This document shows positions 33,301 to 46,516 of a stretch of 64,000 bases of DNA, piece after piece. Each line of letters begins with the position of its first letter. The stretch's first letter is position 1. The position numbers and the translations under genes were made by a program. Source of the stretch: Takakia lepidozioides (Eukaryota > Plantae > Bryophyta); contig CM060734.1 of assembly GCA_030704615.1 (NCBI GenBank), positions 57,598,001 to 57,662,000 on the forward strand, written 5' to 3'. The notes under the pieces are model-generated. The model had not been told where the DNA came from. It worked only from the letters and a program-made list of their open reading frames with translations, and searched no databases.

Positions 33301-35109
33301 TCACCTGCCAGCTGCAGCATACATGTTTGATAGGACCATGTAACCTGCAGCATTCTGTGGATCCAACTGGAGAGAATATTTTACTGCGCGTTCTGCTACC
33401 TCCAAATTTCCATGAATCCTGCATGCACCAAGCAGGGTCCCCCACACCCCAACATCTGGTTTGACTGGCATTTTGTTAATGAACTCCTCTGCCTCATACA
33501 GTCGCCCTGCACGGCCAAGAAGGTCAACCATGCAGCCAAAATGCTCCACCACAGGAGTGAGGCCATGATCTCGACTCATGGAATCAAAGTAATGACAACC
33601 TTCATCCACGAGGCCCACACGGCTACATGCAGAAAGAAGAGACATAAAAGTACTACTATCAGGCTTCAATCCTTCCTGCATCATTTTTCCAAATAGTTGG
33701 AGGGCCTCCCTACCACTCCCATGTTGAGCATATGCTGCGATCATGGCATTCCAAGAAACCGTGTCTCTTTTTGTCATGTCGTCAAACACGTGGCGTGCAT
33801 CCTTCACACTCCCACATTTGGCATACATGTCAACAAGGGCAGTCTCCAGATTCATATATGACCCAATTCCAGAGTCGATGATATCTGAATGGACCTCTTT
33901 GCCCTTTTCAAGGGCTCCTAGGCTGGAGCACGCGTTGAGAACGCAAATGAATGTGATTCTGTCTGGTATGACCTGTTTCCATCGCATTTGCTCATAGATC
34001 TTCAGAGCCTCCCAACCACACCCATGCTGACCATATCCTGTGATCATGGCGCTCCATGAGACAATATTTCGTTTTGCCATATTGTCAAATACTTGGCGCG
34101 CATCCTTCACACTCCCACATTTGGCGTACATGTCAACAAGGGCGGTCTGCAGAATGATATCTGGGGAGATTCCACTTTTGCTGATGTAAGTATGAAGCTC
34201 CTTGCCCTTCTCCAGAGCTCCTAGGCTTGCACACACAGTGACAATGCATGTGAACGTGATCCTATTGGGCTTCACCCCTTCCTGTTGCATTAGCTCATAG
34301 ATCTCAAACGCATCCTTACTACACCCATGCTGGGCATATCCAGCAATCATGGCATTCCATGAGACCACATTTCGTTTTGCCATATTGTCAAACACTAGAC
34401 ATGCATCCTTCATGCTCCCACATTTGGCATACATGTCAACCAGGGCAGTCTCCAGAATGACATCAGGAGCAATTCCAGCTTTCATAATGTCAGCATGCAC
34501 TTCTATGCCCTTTTCCAGGGCTCCTACACTGGCACATGCATTAAGAATGCAAAGGTACGTCACCCTGTCCGGGGCCACCCCTTCCCGTTGCATTTTCTCA
34601 TGGATCTTGAATGCCTCCCTACCACACCCATGCTTGGCATATCCTCCGATCATAATATTCCATGTAAACATATCTCGTTCAGACATTTTCTCAAACACTT
34701 GACGGGCATCCACAAGACTCCCGCACTTCGCATACATTTTGACAATTGTGTTGAGTAAAAAAATATTTGGCTCCAATCCACTTTGGATAATGTGGGCATG
34801 CACCAGCTTACCCTGTGCTAGATCTTGCATGTTGATGCACACCTGCAAAAGAGAGCTGTAAATACTGGTCTCTGGCCAAATGCCTTGTTGGTTCAGCATG
34901 TGTAGTCCCTCCTTTGGTCGTCCCTCTTTACACAATATCCTTGCATATGTGGAGAAAGAAGACTTCTCGTTGACTCCCTCTTTTCGCCCTCTGTCAATGG
35001 CAGTGGTCACAGTGGACATGCTTTCCCTGATACCAGTATATTGCGCAACGAGCAACTGTCTCTGACCCAACCCAAGCGTCCTGCATGACTCAAAACTTGC
35101 AGTTACCAC
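33301..35109 (-). CDS. PLS-class PPR protein truncated in the E domain, no DYW; possibly a pseudogene
   Basis: 602-aa ORF ending MYAAAGR-stop. An out-of-frame E+ remnant (RGV*KEAGYGCIEVDNQVHRF) follows down to ~33180. Closest in-window paralog is the 1704 gene. Confidence 0.85.
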   Translation of the reverse strand: MVTASFESCRTLGLGQRQLLVAQYTGIRESMSTVTTAIDRGRKEGVNEKSSFSTYARILCKEGRPKEGLHMLNQQGIWPETSIYSSLLQVCINMQDLAQGKLVHAHIIQSGLEPNIFLLNTIVKMYAKCGSLVDARQVFEKMSERDMFTWNIMIGGYAKHGCGREAFKIHEKMQREGVAPDRVTYLCILNACASVGALEKGIEVHADIMKAGIAPDVILETALVDMYAKCGSMKDACLVFDNMAKRNVVSWNAMIAGYAQHGCSKDAFEIYELMQQEGVKPNRITFTCIVTVCASLGALEKGKELHTYISKSGISPDIILQTALVDMYAKCGSVKDARQVFDNMAKRNIVSWSAMITGYGQHGCGWEALKIYEQMRWKQVIPDRITFICVLNACSSLGALEKGKEVHSDIIDSGIGSYMNLETALVDMYAKCGSVKDARHVFDDMTKRDTVSWNAMIAAYAQHGSGREALQLFGKMMQEGLKPDSSTFMSLLSACSRVGLVDEGCHYFDSMSRDHGLTPVVEHFGCMVDLLGRAGRLYEAEEFINKMPVKPDVGVWGTLLGACRIHGNLEVAERAVKYSLQLDPQNAAGYMVLSNMYAAAGR

Positions 35110-35860
35110 CCTATACTCATATATTATACCCCAGACATAGATGTCTTCATAAAAAACACACTTTTGCTACAAAGTAACACGACTGCAACACTACTACATA
35201 AATCTACTTTGGGAATAAACTACAGATTTGTATCTGTTTGAGGGACCTCTTGAACATTGGACCAAAACACCATATCAGCTTCACCAAGGATCACCGTCCA
35301 CTTTAACCTAGGAAGATGTGATTGGGTACTGGCAACAATTACCTCACCTTCTCATAGCTGTTGTTCCACCACTGCAAGGTATCGGACATCAACTCCTGCC
35401 AAAGCTGTGGTATGCTTATTACTTGGCCTGCATCCACACAACACCGAACATATATCTCCAGGACTCCTGAATTCCGTGTCATCGGATCCTCGTTGGCTGT
35501 CCGCTAGGGCTACGGCGTTCCGGGGCCAACTTTCCATTACCCCCGAAACTGGCTCCTGGAAGAGTCACATCCCGAGGGACAATGCCCAAACCGTTTGTCT
35601 TCACTCGCCACAACTCTTTGTGCCCTCATCGATCCCTCACAGGGATTCACAATCGAGAGACACCAGGTAATTGCGTGGCACATTTTGTGGTGACGAATCC
35701 TCTCTATCACAGACAAACCTCCAACTGCTTCAACCTATTCGAGCAAACTGTGGGAACTAGGTGGTATCACAAAGATTACCAGCTTTAGACTGGGGTTTTG
35801 TTACTGTTCCGAGTCAGAGAGGGAGTTGACGTGCAGGATGGACGTGCAGCCATTACTCCC

Positions 35861-36392
35861 TTTTTTTTTCCCAGACCGCGTGGGTGGGTCCAAAAGGACC
35901 CTTATTATTTTTTTGTTTTTTTGCAAAGCCCTTTTCAGGGGTCGCGGGAGCAGGAGGTGGTGTTCAAGCACCCCTCCTGCCCCTTGTAGCCAAGGTCATC
36001 TTTCGTACAGGGAGCGAGGGACCCCTTGTGAGGCTCTCCCGAACCTGTAGAGATGCCGCCATTTCCAACTCATCCGTTGCAACGTTAAATGATGCCAACG
36101 TCTGCGAGGCATTCGTCAGAGCCACGTCCATGGACGCCAACACATCGGAAGCCCGCTTCAGTAGGGCATCAAACCGTGCAAACAACTCCAACGCCCCTCT
36201 CAATGCAACATCAAGCACGTCCTTGTGAGCAACACTTGAGGCCATTTCCAAAGAGCGCAAGAGATTAATGGGGCCACCAAGGCCTCCCCTCTTTCTATAT
36301 GGATGGATGGATGCTGGATGGATGGCCGGTTACTGTTGTTGTGCCTAGAACGACACATCACCAGAACAAATATGGCAAATCAATTGGAACAC
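35861..36392 (-). repeat. Unclassified dispersed repeat, copy A (carries a 93-aa ORF, two hairpins and (GGAT)n)
   Basis: Core is nearly identical to 40580-41149; I saw one substitution. Hairpin GGGTCC-AAAA-GGACCC at 35886-35901. ORF 36245-35964. Confidence 0.85.
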
Positions 36393-36717
36393 AAATGAAC
36401 ACTAAAAGTTATACGATGCATCTCAGCAATGTGCGTGATGTGGCATGTACATGTCACCTTAGAAGCACTCCATCAGTCATGATTCTGACATGCAATCAGC
36501 AAAGCAAATCGGATGCTTCAGCAGTTGCTGCAGACATTCATTTCAAATTGTGGACTATCCCAGTGGCAGCTATAGCCAACCAACGGTGATATCAGAGATA
36601 GTAAGAAAGGATGTGCTTTGTTGGCCTTCCTCTACCCTCAAGTGAGGTCAGTATTATGAAGCCGGTATTTACTGAAAATGACATGGTGTGTTTGAATGGG
36701 GTCTTTTGACTGCAAGT

Positions 36718-39317
36718 AGACATCCAGGACCTTTTGGGATCACTGGCGGTGACCATGGTGGAAGCTTTACCAACCCTTCATGAACTGAATGATATGAGTG
36801 CGACCAAAATTCTTGAAAGAGAAGTGATGAGTGCTATGTGGCAATATATCTTGACATACAGACTAGCTGACGAAGAGAAGCTTGATGAAACCCCCATCTG
36901 GTAAAGGTGGCCTTGCTGGCTCTCACGTCCCTGCTTCCTGTTCTCACTCTTTTGTGTCACTCTCTTGCTCTGACTGGTGATAATTCCCAAACTCCCTGCT
37001 TTTATGGGATGCTTGAGGACTGAGCCATAAAACAATTCTACAGTCTTGTTAAGTACATCTTCCATTTTCCTTCTAAGACCCTGAATGTTTTAACTGACTC
37101 TCTCGATATTCTTATCCAGGGGTATGTTTGGTTCATCGGGTTATCCAAGTACTTGTAATTTCAAGGACTTTTTTTAGTTACTAAGGTATGGTTTGAGAGG
37201 GTTTTGGTCAGGATGGCCATTCAAAGAGTCTTTACAGTCACATTTGGTTGTCAGCTCATGAGCTGACCCTGCTTGGAAACCTGATGTCTTGGCGAGGGTT
37301 TGGTTCTGTTGTACATTTGCCAGATTAGGCAAGAAGTGGGGTTCTGAATAAGCAGCAATTATGACAGGTATGTAATGGATGAACTGGGGTCCGCACTTCG
37401 GCACAGCGATGCACCCAACTTCCGGGTTGCTCCCTTCATGTTCTTACCTGATGGCACACTTCAGTCTGCAATCAGGTTCTCTGTGTCCGTCTCCCTCTCT
37501 TCTTTAAACATCTCAAATGGCACTCCCTCTTAAGCTCTGATGTTTGGTGCTGCAAAAGTCCTTGATCTTGCAGAGGAAGGTAGATGTTGGTGTCTAGCGA
37601 AAAACAGGGGACACTTTGATCCTTGGTAGAATGTACTCATAAGAATGTGCCGTAGCCTTGTGGCCATTGACCCCGCACCCAGTTTGAGCGGAACTCAAAG
37701 GGACAGAAACTACCTTTGTCAGGGGCTGACGAAGGTAGTATCCTGGGCTTTTGGCTCAGCCAAAGCTGGTAAACAGAGGTACAGGAACAATTCCCTTGAT
37801 GGAATTGAAGAGGGTGTCTCTCTGGTGAGAGTACCCAGGACGATGAATCTGGAAGTGGATATTGTCTTCAGCTTGCCCGCAAACGGGCACTCCAAGCTAT
37901 GCTTTGCTCTACGATGCGTCTGTTTGCTGTTCAATGGTAGGCTACCCGCCCTGAGTTTGAATTTCAGTCCAACGCGAAGAGTGAGTAAACCCTTGAGGTC
38001 ATCCATGATGGCCTCACTCATGTCACATACTGGAAACAGGTTCAGGGAAATTATCTGCCCAACTTCATTTTCATCAGACAATTTCCTGGCAACAGACATG
38101 GCTTTGGAAACTTCAGTCTCTAAGTCAGATTAATCCAGCAGGGTCATGGCTTGTGGACTTAGATTCAGATCCTATAAATCTCCTCTACCCTCTTCCGCCA
38201 GGACTCAGCTTGTTTGACAGGGTGCTCCTGCTTCCAAGATATAGAGTCGATTAACTTAGGATATCTGGTATGAGTCGTACGTTGCAGCTGACCCCACCAT
38301 CTGACCTTGAATTCATTGTGTTAGGAGCTTAAGGGAGGAATGCCAAACTCACCCCGAACAGCCACATTAGCTGTTTTGAAGCATGCTGACATGCACTCCA
38401 CACAGCAGATGCGGACTCCAGGGTAGGCCTAATAGCGGGGCAAAGCATGGTTTTTTTTATTTCAGAGTTGATCTCTCTGAAGTGGAAAAATTTACGAAAT
38501 TTTTGATCCTTGGTAGAAAGTGAGAGAGAGCACTCGGCCCATAGCAGCTGGTAATATCGTGAGCTGACTTTGCTTTGGAATATCTAATTATGGCAGATTC
38601 TTTCTGCAGCTATTCATTGCTATGGCCTATCTGGGACCTAGAAAAAGGGTGTAGTCAGTGTGGTTTGTGCATCTCTATCTCAGTTGTGTCGTATTACTTT
38701 GTGCCTAAGCATTCGGGGTGCCAGACTGGCTCCAACCAACCTACAACATGGAAACACAGCTACCCGCTCTAATGGGCGCGTATTTGGAAAGAGAGGAGAT
38801 GGGACAAGACAATCTCTGGATTGTGAAACCGTGGAACATGGCACACACCATTGACAGTACTGTTGACAGGGAGCTTACCAGCACTGGTGCGACTGGTTAT
38901 TGGCCAAAAGTATATTGAGCAGCCTGCCCTCTACCAGGGGCGCAAGTTTTATCTGCGCTACGTCGTTTTGTTGAGGAGTGTGCAACCCTTGGAGATATTC
39001 CTCTATGATGTTTTCTGGGTACCAGTTGACCTCCCTCTGGCCTTTGATTCAGATGTGACTAAGCTACCTCCAATGTTGTTGCCAGTCCAAGATTTCAAAA
39101 CCACAGCATGAACAAATTCTGTCATGCTTTAGACGAGAGTAACACTTGGGACTTAAAGACCTTGTCAAAACCCCCTGGCTCAAATGAAGGCAAAGAAGGC
39201 AACGTGGGTCGAGAGTATCAATAACAAGAAGAGGGTAGTGGTGCAGGCTTGATTTTCAAACAACCACTACTGAAGAGAGCAGCCTTGCAGACTATGACAC
39301 TCATTTCACAGTTATGG
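36718..39317 (+). pseudogene. TTLL12: Tubulin-tyrosine ligase-like 12 (TTLL12) gene fragments
   Basis: Spliceable pieces AMWQYILTYRLADEEKLDETPIW | YVMDELGSALRHSDAPNFRVAPFMF | SYSLLWP ... NLWIVKPWNMA ... QKYIEQP..GRKFYLRYVVLLRS | DYDTHFTVM. Large internal deletions and a frameshift at ~38865. Confidence 0.8.
37632..38501 (-). mobile_element. 5'-truncated LINE, copy 2 (same family as 20159), with 17-bp TSD, inside a TTLL12 intron
   Basis: Shares LKFKLRAGSLPLNSKQ and the 3'UTR ending TTATGAGTACAT; also IRPTLESASAVW and NVAVRGEFGIPPL. TSD TTTGATCCTTGGTAGAA at 37615-37631 and 38502-38518. Confidence 0.88.
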
Positions 39318-40579
39318 TGAGTAACATCTTCAAGATCTCCATAATGTTCCCCTGCGTGTATAGTCTTGGTTACTAAGGTCCTGCAGCCTGTCCTCACGTT
39401 TTTGCCCTGTCTGAAGGGGGAAATGGCCTTGTGGCACTTATTGCATTGTACAATATGTTAGAAATTTGCTGCATGAAGGTACTGAAGTCGAAGTGGGAAG
39501 TTTGGGAGGTTTGCAATAATTGTGTTAACTAAGGGTAGGGCAGGATAGCTGATGTGGGGTGTCACCCTGGGACTTCTCCCAGTTCATAGATTATCCAACA
39601 TGGAGGTTTTTCCTACATATTTAAAATGATATACCTGTCCCAGAGTATGTCTTCAGATGCAAAATTACATTTCCACAGCCTTATTTGATGATATGTGACA
39701 CCCCAACAAGACACCCTGGAGCATCACAGAGTGAAGTGTCTTTCATCATATGTAGCCCCACACTGTGTTGCAGAAAGTATTGTCATCTAAGTTACATCCA
39801 AGAAAATCGATCTGATCTTTTTACTCAAAACAAACCAACCGTCCCTCTAACAGAGATGTTTCCAGTGAAGCCAAATTGATCTGTTTGTTTCCCCCTATTT
39901 TGTTTGCTATTGGTAAAAAAGAATTGACCATTATGTCATGACTGTTCAAATTTCCACCTAAAATTCCTTGTTCCTTGGGGTGATCATTGTGGAGTTGGGT
40001 TTTACGATAGGAAAATGAAAATTCTGCATCATCCATAACTACCATGTCTTTTGAGCCCAACCCTAAACTGGAAAGTGGGTATGATTGATTTGCTGAATTA
40101 TGGTAGCAGGCCGCTGAACTGGGTACTGATCTGCATGACGCCTCTTTTGCTCACGTAACAAATCAAAGACCCGGATCTTCCGGATCTTACCTATATGCCA
40201 AGAGCGAGGATTGTGCGAGCTGATAACATTCTACTGTCACCCAGTACGTCCCCAACTTCCCAAACCGAGAATTTTACTACCATATTCTACCCAACTTTGC
40301 AAATGAAAGCATCAACCAGACCGCTCATTATTTTCCATGGCAACCAAAAACTGAGTGATCTGTCGTCCTCCATATACTCTGGACCACTGAGAGAAATTAA
40401 AAGTGAAGAAGACAAATCATAAAGCAACTAAAAAGACCTGAGGAAGCGGGGAAAAACTTTTTATAAGATCAGACGGCCAACTTCTTTCACATCTTACTTT
40501 ACAAACACCTTCTTGCAGATCTGGACGAAGCCAGCTACAGGGTGGAGGCATGATACGGCAAACTCCTGTACAGATGGCC

Positions 40580-41149
40580 TTTTTTTGCCCAGACCGCGTG
40601 GGTGGGTCCAAAAGGACCCTTATTATTTTTTTGTTTTTTTGCAAAGCCCTTTTCAGGGGTCGCGGGAGCAGGAGGTGGTGTTCAAGCACCCCTCCTGCCC
40701 CTTGTAGCCAAGGTCATCTTTCGTACAGGGAGCGAGGGACCCCTTGTGAGGCTCTCCCGAACCTGTAGAGATGCCGCCATTTCCAACTCATCCGTTGCAA
40801 CGTTAAAAGATGCCAACGTCTGCGAGGCATTCGTCAGAGCCACGTCCATGGACGCCAACACATCGGAAGCCCGCTTCAGTAGGGCATCAAACCGTGCAAA
40901 CAACTCCAACGCCCCTCTCAATGCAACATCAAGCACGTCCTTGTGAGCAACACTTGAGGCCATTTCCAAAGAGCGCAAGAGATTAATGGGGCCACCAAGG
41001 CCTCCCCTCTTTCTATATGGATGGATGGATGGATGGTTACTCCTGGATGGATGAATTTACACTGGATGGATGGCTGGTTACTCCTGGATGGATGACCAGT
41101 TACTGTTGTTGTGCCTAGAACGATGTATATGGCAAATCAATTGGAACAC
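40580..41149 (-). repeat. Unclassified dispersed repeat, copy B
   Basis: Direct repeat of 35861-36392 with an expanded GGATGG/GGTTACT region. Confidence 0.85.
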
Positions 41150-41666
41150 GAAAGTCTCGCGTCTGGGCAAGTCTTTCCAGCTCCATACGAGGTACTGCAA
41201 GTATTGTGGTAGTTGAGAGCTATGGTGAAGCCTTATAGTTGGCCTACATAGTAGATATTAAAGCACTGCAGGCCGTGTTGTTTCTTCAAATTTTCTTGCT
41301 ACTGAATGATCAGGCAGACACCTGTGCAACTAAGTGAGCTTCCCAATGTCCATCTATTATGAACGCCTTTGTGAGCCACGGTACATAATCCTTGAAAGAA
41401 GACATTTACAAAGATACAAACAGAAGGAACGAATGGTCACACTTAGGAAGAATATCAACTGGAAAATGTCTATCTCACCTTTCTATCATATAACATCATA
41501 TGACGGTAATTATGGTAATCTGAAGAATGACAGATACTTTCCCTCCTCTTCAGTAGAATGTACCTCATGCCATTTGCTGCAAAGATTGGCTTGCCATAAC
41601 CTTACGGGCAGAAGGAGAGTAATTTTCATAGGCCAGCTATGAAGGACAAATACTACATACTCAGTA

Positions 41667-44600
41667 TCACCAAAGCAATGCTCGAGTGATAGAGCTAAAC
41701 TTCTCAACAGGTAAACACTGATCCAGCAGGACTGCTGCTTGGAAACAGTCAGCAGCTTGGGAGGCATGACCCTCTGCTTTATGCAGCAAGCCCATCTGGT
41801 ACCAGGCCTCCTCATGTGTAGGCTCTGCCTGCACTGCCTTGGACAAATAGCTGCGTGCTACTGGTAATGACTGCCTGTTACTTTGCTGACGCAGAAGTGC
41901 ACCCAACTTGACCTTGCTGTCCACATGTGCAGCATCTACTGCGAGTGCATTCTTGTAACATGCCATGGCTTCCTCAGGTTGCCCACGCACTTCATGTAGC
42001 AATCCTGCCCCATCCACAACATAATCGCGTAAAAACTTGGCACATATTCAAGATTTCCACAAGTCACAGTTGATCCTGCTATGGCTTGGATAGGATGCAT
42101 GACAATGAAACTAGTTTTACTTTGAACTCCCCAAACATTTTATGTTGCAATGATTGAGGACAGAATTCCAACTCGCGTTACCATTCTTTACGGAGCCTGG
42201 CCACAGATACACCTATGTTCTCTATAGAAATTCGACATTGAGGCTCGACCTTATAACAAAGGTTATCCACAACATTGCCTAGCTGAAGTACACATGAGAC
42301 CATACATGTATTGGTGTTTGCAAATGATTTGTTAGACATACAATGGCATGATTGTCACCTTACAAGCCTCTAATAGCCATTTCATTTATTGAACTCGTGT
42401 CAAGAATGAACGCCATGCAATTCAGTAAAAGCTTCTTGAGAGTGTTTCCTTTGAGAAGGGAGAGAGGGTTGGAGCCCAGTAAATGTCCAACTAGTGATCA
42501 GCCCAACGGCGAAGAATGTTGCATGCAAGAACCAACACATCCTCTGACTACAAGAACACCCAGAGGAGGGGATAGCTCACCAGTGGCATGCCAGGTGGTA
42601 GCTGAGAAAGTTTCCAGAGCCCTAGCCTTCTCCAGACATATTTCAGCATCAGACCATTGCTGTAGCTCAGTGTACACTCTTACAAGGTCTTGCCACACCT
42701 CCACCTCCTCCACTCTTTCTGTCAACTGCAACCCACCCAAAACACACTGTGCTTCTTTAAAGCAGCCATTCTGCACCATCTTGGAACAGTATAAGCTCAT
42801 CTAAAAGTACTGCCTTTCCAATGGGATCTGAGTTGTGGCATACATTTTCAGTTCGCGTCTCCCTCACCATGGCCAAAATTACAAACAGAGAAGTCCTAGA
42901 TCGAATAAGACTTGGACCTGGCTATCGGGCGATTGAGCACTTCCATGGTGCCCATGTAGAGATGCTTCCCCCACCTTGTCTCATTCACCACACTCAAACG
43001 ATCTTTGTATAGGAAATCTGATACAGCCTCCTGTCAGCTCGCAGTTGAGACTTTACGTAGACCATGAAGCATTAACTAGGGTTAGACTACTGGGACTTGG
43101 TGACAGTTTTGCAACACCTCCCCCAATGAGGAGGAACTTCAAGGGCACTGCACTTGCCCAGGATATATCCATAGCGAGCTTGAAGTCTAGTTGCATCTGC
43201 TAGTGACAAGACCAGTGCTCCCAGTCCACAAATAAGGCAATTCAAGTAACCTTGACTAACCTGTTTCCTCTGCCAACCACCAGCTTCAAAGCTCTTGCGC
43301 TCAGCTTGCACCAGCGCGAGTAAGAGATGATAGGTGTGAATAGCACGCAGTGGCTGCCCTAGAGCTAGCTGCACTTTGGCCTGTGTGCGCAGGAGCGGGC
43401 CTTGCTCCCATGGTCCCGTCTCCTCCAAGGCTCCTTCAAGCACCAGCTCTGCCTCAGAATGCCTTTCTTGTGCTGTCAACAGCAGTGCCAGAAAGCGCCA
43501 ACCCTGTAAACATGCTCCACCGCTGCGGTCAAGAGACAACTTTGCACAGTCAAGTGCTGCACTTAGTTGACGTTGCTCAGCATACTCCATACCCAGGTCA
43601 AAGATCACTTTTGGGTCTTCGCTGTCCAAAGCAGCAGCTTCCTACAGCCATAGGTGCACACAACACAACTCTGAAGTAAGAGAAATGAAATGAAATGGAA
43701 CTTTATAACGTAATAAGGATATAGAACTTTATAAGAGACGAAATACTCATGCAAATCTGAAAATGGAATACATGCGAATTGCAAACCCAACATCATCACA
43801 CTCCAAATCTTTACATGAAGAAAATGGTGAGATGTGCAACAGGACCTACTTGCAGTGCCTGGAGAGCATCCTGTTGCAGCTTCATCCTCTCTGAATCAGA
43901 TGATGCCACCTTGGTCTGGGCACTCAATGCTACACCTAAAACATGAAGTGCACTGCTTTTCAAGAACGCTAATTCCTCCTGTGCCAGATCAACTGCTCTC
44001 TGTGCAAAACCAGCTCCTTTGCTCGCAAACTCCACTTTGCCTGCACAGATTTTAGCTGCCAGCAACAGGGAGGGCACATCATTGGGCGTCTCTACTTGGC
44101 TGAGAGATTTGCACAGCAAATCAAGGGCCACGACATTGTCTGCTGCTCCACTGTAGCAGAGGGCCATGTTATACCAACGTTCCGATCTAGACAATATACC
44201 GGGCAAGAGCTCCTCATATTGGTGTGCCAACTCAGTACACTGCCCACTTACTGACAGAGCAAAGCTGAGGTGGTCCAGCACACTGGCATCAAATGCACTT
44301 TGGCGTGCATTTTTGCTGCAAAGAAGGAGCATAAGAAGCAAGATGGCCTCCTCTATGTTGTTTTTAGGCACATATGCACCATCTACTTGTGACCCAAAGC
44401 TTGGTGACGAGGCCTCCACACCTCCATACAGCAGCAGAACAGCAAACTCTTTCTGCATGCGCGCCCGGGACTCCACATCCAAATGCCAGGTGCTGAGCAG
44501 TGCACGTCGGTAAGCAGACATGCTATCTACAGTGAGGCCAGCTTGCAACAGCAGCTGAGGCAGTAGCTGCACTGCCTTGCCCACTATCTCAGCCACTTTG

Positions 44601-45786
44601 GTATCCCCCCATGCACTTGGCATACCCCCTGGCATTGCTGCCTCCATTGTGTCAAGCACATTCTTGCAGTCCTGTGCAGCCTCTGCAGATGTACAAATTG
44701 CGGATTGAGGTCCCTGTATGACTTATAACTCTCTCGCCAACATGAAAGGTGCTGGCGGAAATTTAATTTCAGGTTCATGTGAAGATTTTTACACAAATCT
44801 TAGAGGACAAATTATCTCTTCTATAGACATTTTGTTTGCAGTGTACGAAAGACTAGTTTCTCCTCCCTGACCTCTCAAACGAAAGGAAAAGGTTTCAAGA
44901 TGATTGCTTTGGTGTCTGTGTGAGGCTAAAAACAATGCCCCAACCATAACTAGGAAATAACAGCGGAGCAACAGACACCTGGGAGGCGGCCAAGTTTCTG
45001 GAGCGACTTGGCTTTCAGATAGATGGCTTCCAGCAGCAAGCTTGCAGCATGTAGGAAACTGGCGAGTGCCTCTTTTGAAGGCTTCCCTTTCTTGTACCGC
45101 ACCTTCTCCGATGCAAAGAATCGCATGCGTGAGACAAGAATAGTCAGGTCAATCCCTTCAAACGCCTGCAGAGCTCCTTCCACATTGCCTCTCTGGTACT
45201 CTAGACGTCCCAGCAATGCGCGTGCCTCCTGCATCTCCCCCAGGACTCCATTGACCAGCCATGATTCGAAGACAGGTCTGGACAACCTCTACTGGCCCAA
45301 TTCACAAAGCATTCTGTTATTTCCCAAGAAGAATTATATACATGCTCTCATGACAGATAGTTGAAGTATTTCCAGTGTTGTTGATGCTTAAACTTCCAGC
45401 TGATTGCAAGATTGGACAATTTTATCACTTTTTCACCCAATGGTAGAGATGAAGAACTATACAATGTGGGAAATGCAGTTGCACGATCATTGTTCCGCAA
45501 ACATTTTTTGCCTTGCCGGACAGTCGTACCACTCATGGACGCATTTCCTCGACCGGCTCCAGAATACAGTGCCACAGAGCATAGAACAACAGAGATTGAA
45601 GATCAGTACCTCGTTGTTAAGAGAAAGAGCCTCCCGGAGAGAGGTCTCAGCTTCCTCAATGTTGCCTTCATCCAACTTGGCCTCCCCCTCTTTGATTTTC
45701 GAAGAACGCTGTCTAGAGCCAAGCTCAACAACGGACACGGATCCTTTTTCATCAAACTTAAACTGATTGCTGCACGAACAAAGCAT
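41667..45786 (-). CDS. NPG1/NPGR-family calmodulin-binding TPR protein (TTC7-like), multi-exon
   Basis: MLCSCS.QFKF, DEGNIEEAETSLREALSLN, EARALLGRLEYQRGN, LLLEAIYLKAKSLQKLG, YVPKNNIEEAILLL, C-terminal AADCFQAA.LL...PVEKF. Confidence 0.9.
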
Positions 45787-46516
45787 GGCTGCTGTTTGCT
45801 GTCTTACTACATACTACATTTTCCTATACGTAGACAGAAAGATCCTCCACCGCCTCCGATTTGGCTCTCAAATACTAATAAAATCTGTGACAAGTGCAGC
45901 TAGATCTCAACAATGCGGAGTTCTGGGCACAGGCTGGAATTATTTGTGTCAGTTTCCAAGATACTTCGTTACAAGTTCACAGGGGCTCACAATTAGTGCT
46001 TAAACCACAAATGCAGCCAAGATAATGCTGATCCTAATTACAGTTCTTGCCTAAACTTACTGCTCACATTATCACAAATTTGTTTCTACAAAAGCTGTGT
46101 TATGAATTGTCACATGAACAAGATCATATACTCTACCTCAGCCTGATAAGGAGACGCAAATGAGAAACCGAGAAACTAGGATTGAGGATGACATTGACAG
46201 CGTTCCTGCAGCCAAATCCGAGAAGCTCTGCTGGATCCACATGGGATCTCTATTACCAGCCTGCAAATTGATCTGCCCCCACCTGTGCTTCACGTGACAA
46301 TCCATGAGCTGGCGGTGAACGAAAACTATAGATGAAAGATGCTGATGTCAGCAAAACATTCAACCAAGAACTTGTCTCGAGGAAGACGACAAATAACAAA
46401 TATGTCGGTCCTCCCGCTGCCAGATTTTTAGGTCTGTCCTGTGTGATCTTCATGCCTTGAATCTCTCTTGTGTTGTAGGTTGGAGCCTTAGGCTTGCTCA
46501 ATCCGGTGAGGGGGAG

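Noticed and set aside
35861-41149. LTR pair of a retrotransposon
   Set aside because: No shared TG...CA ends, PBS, PPT or TSD, and no gag/pol between the repeats.
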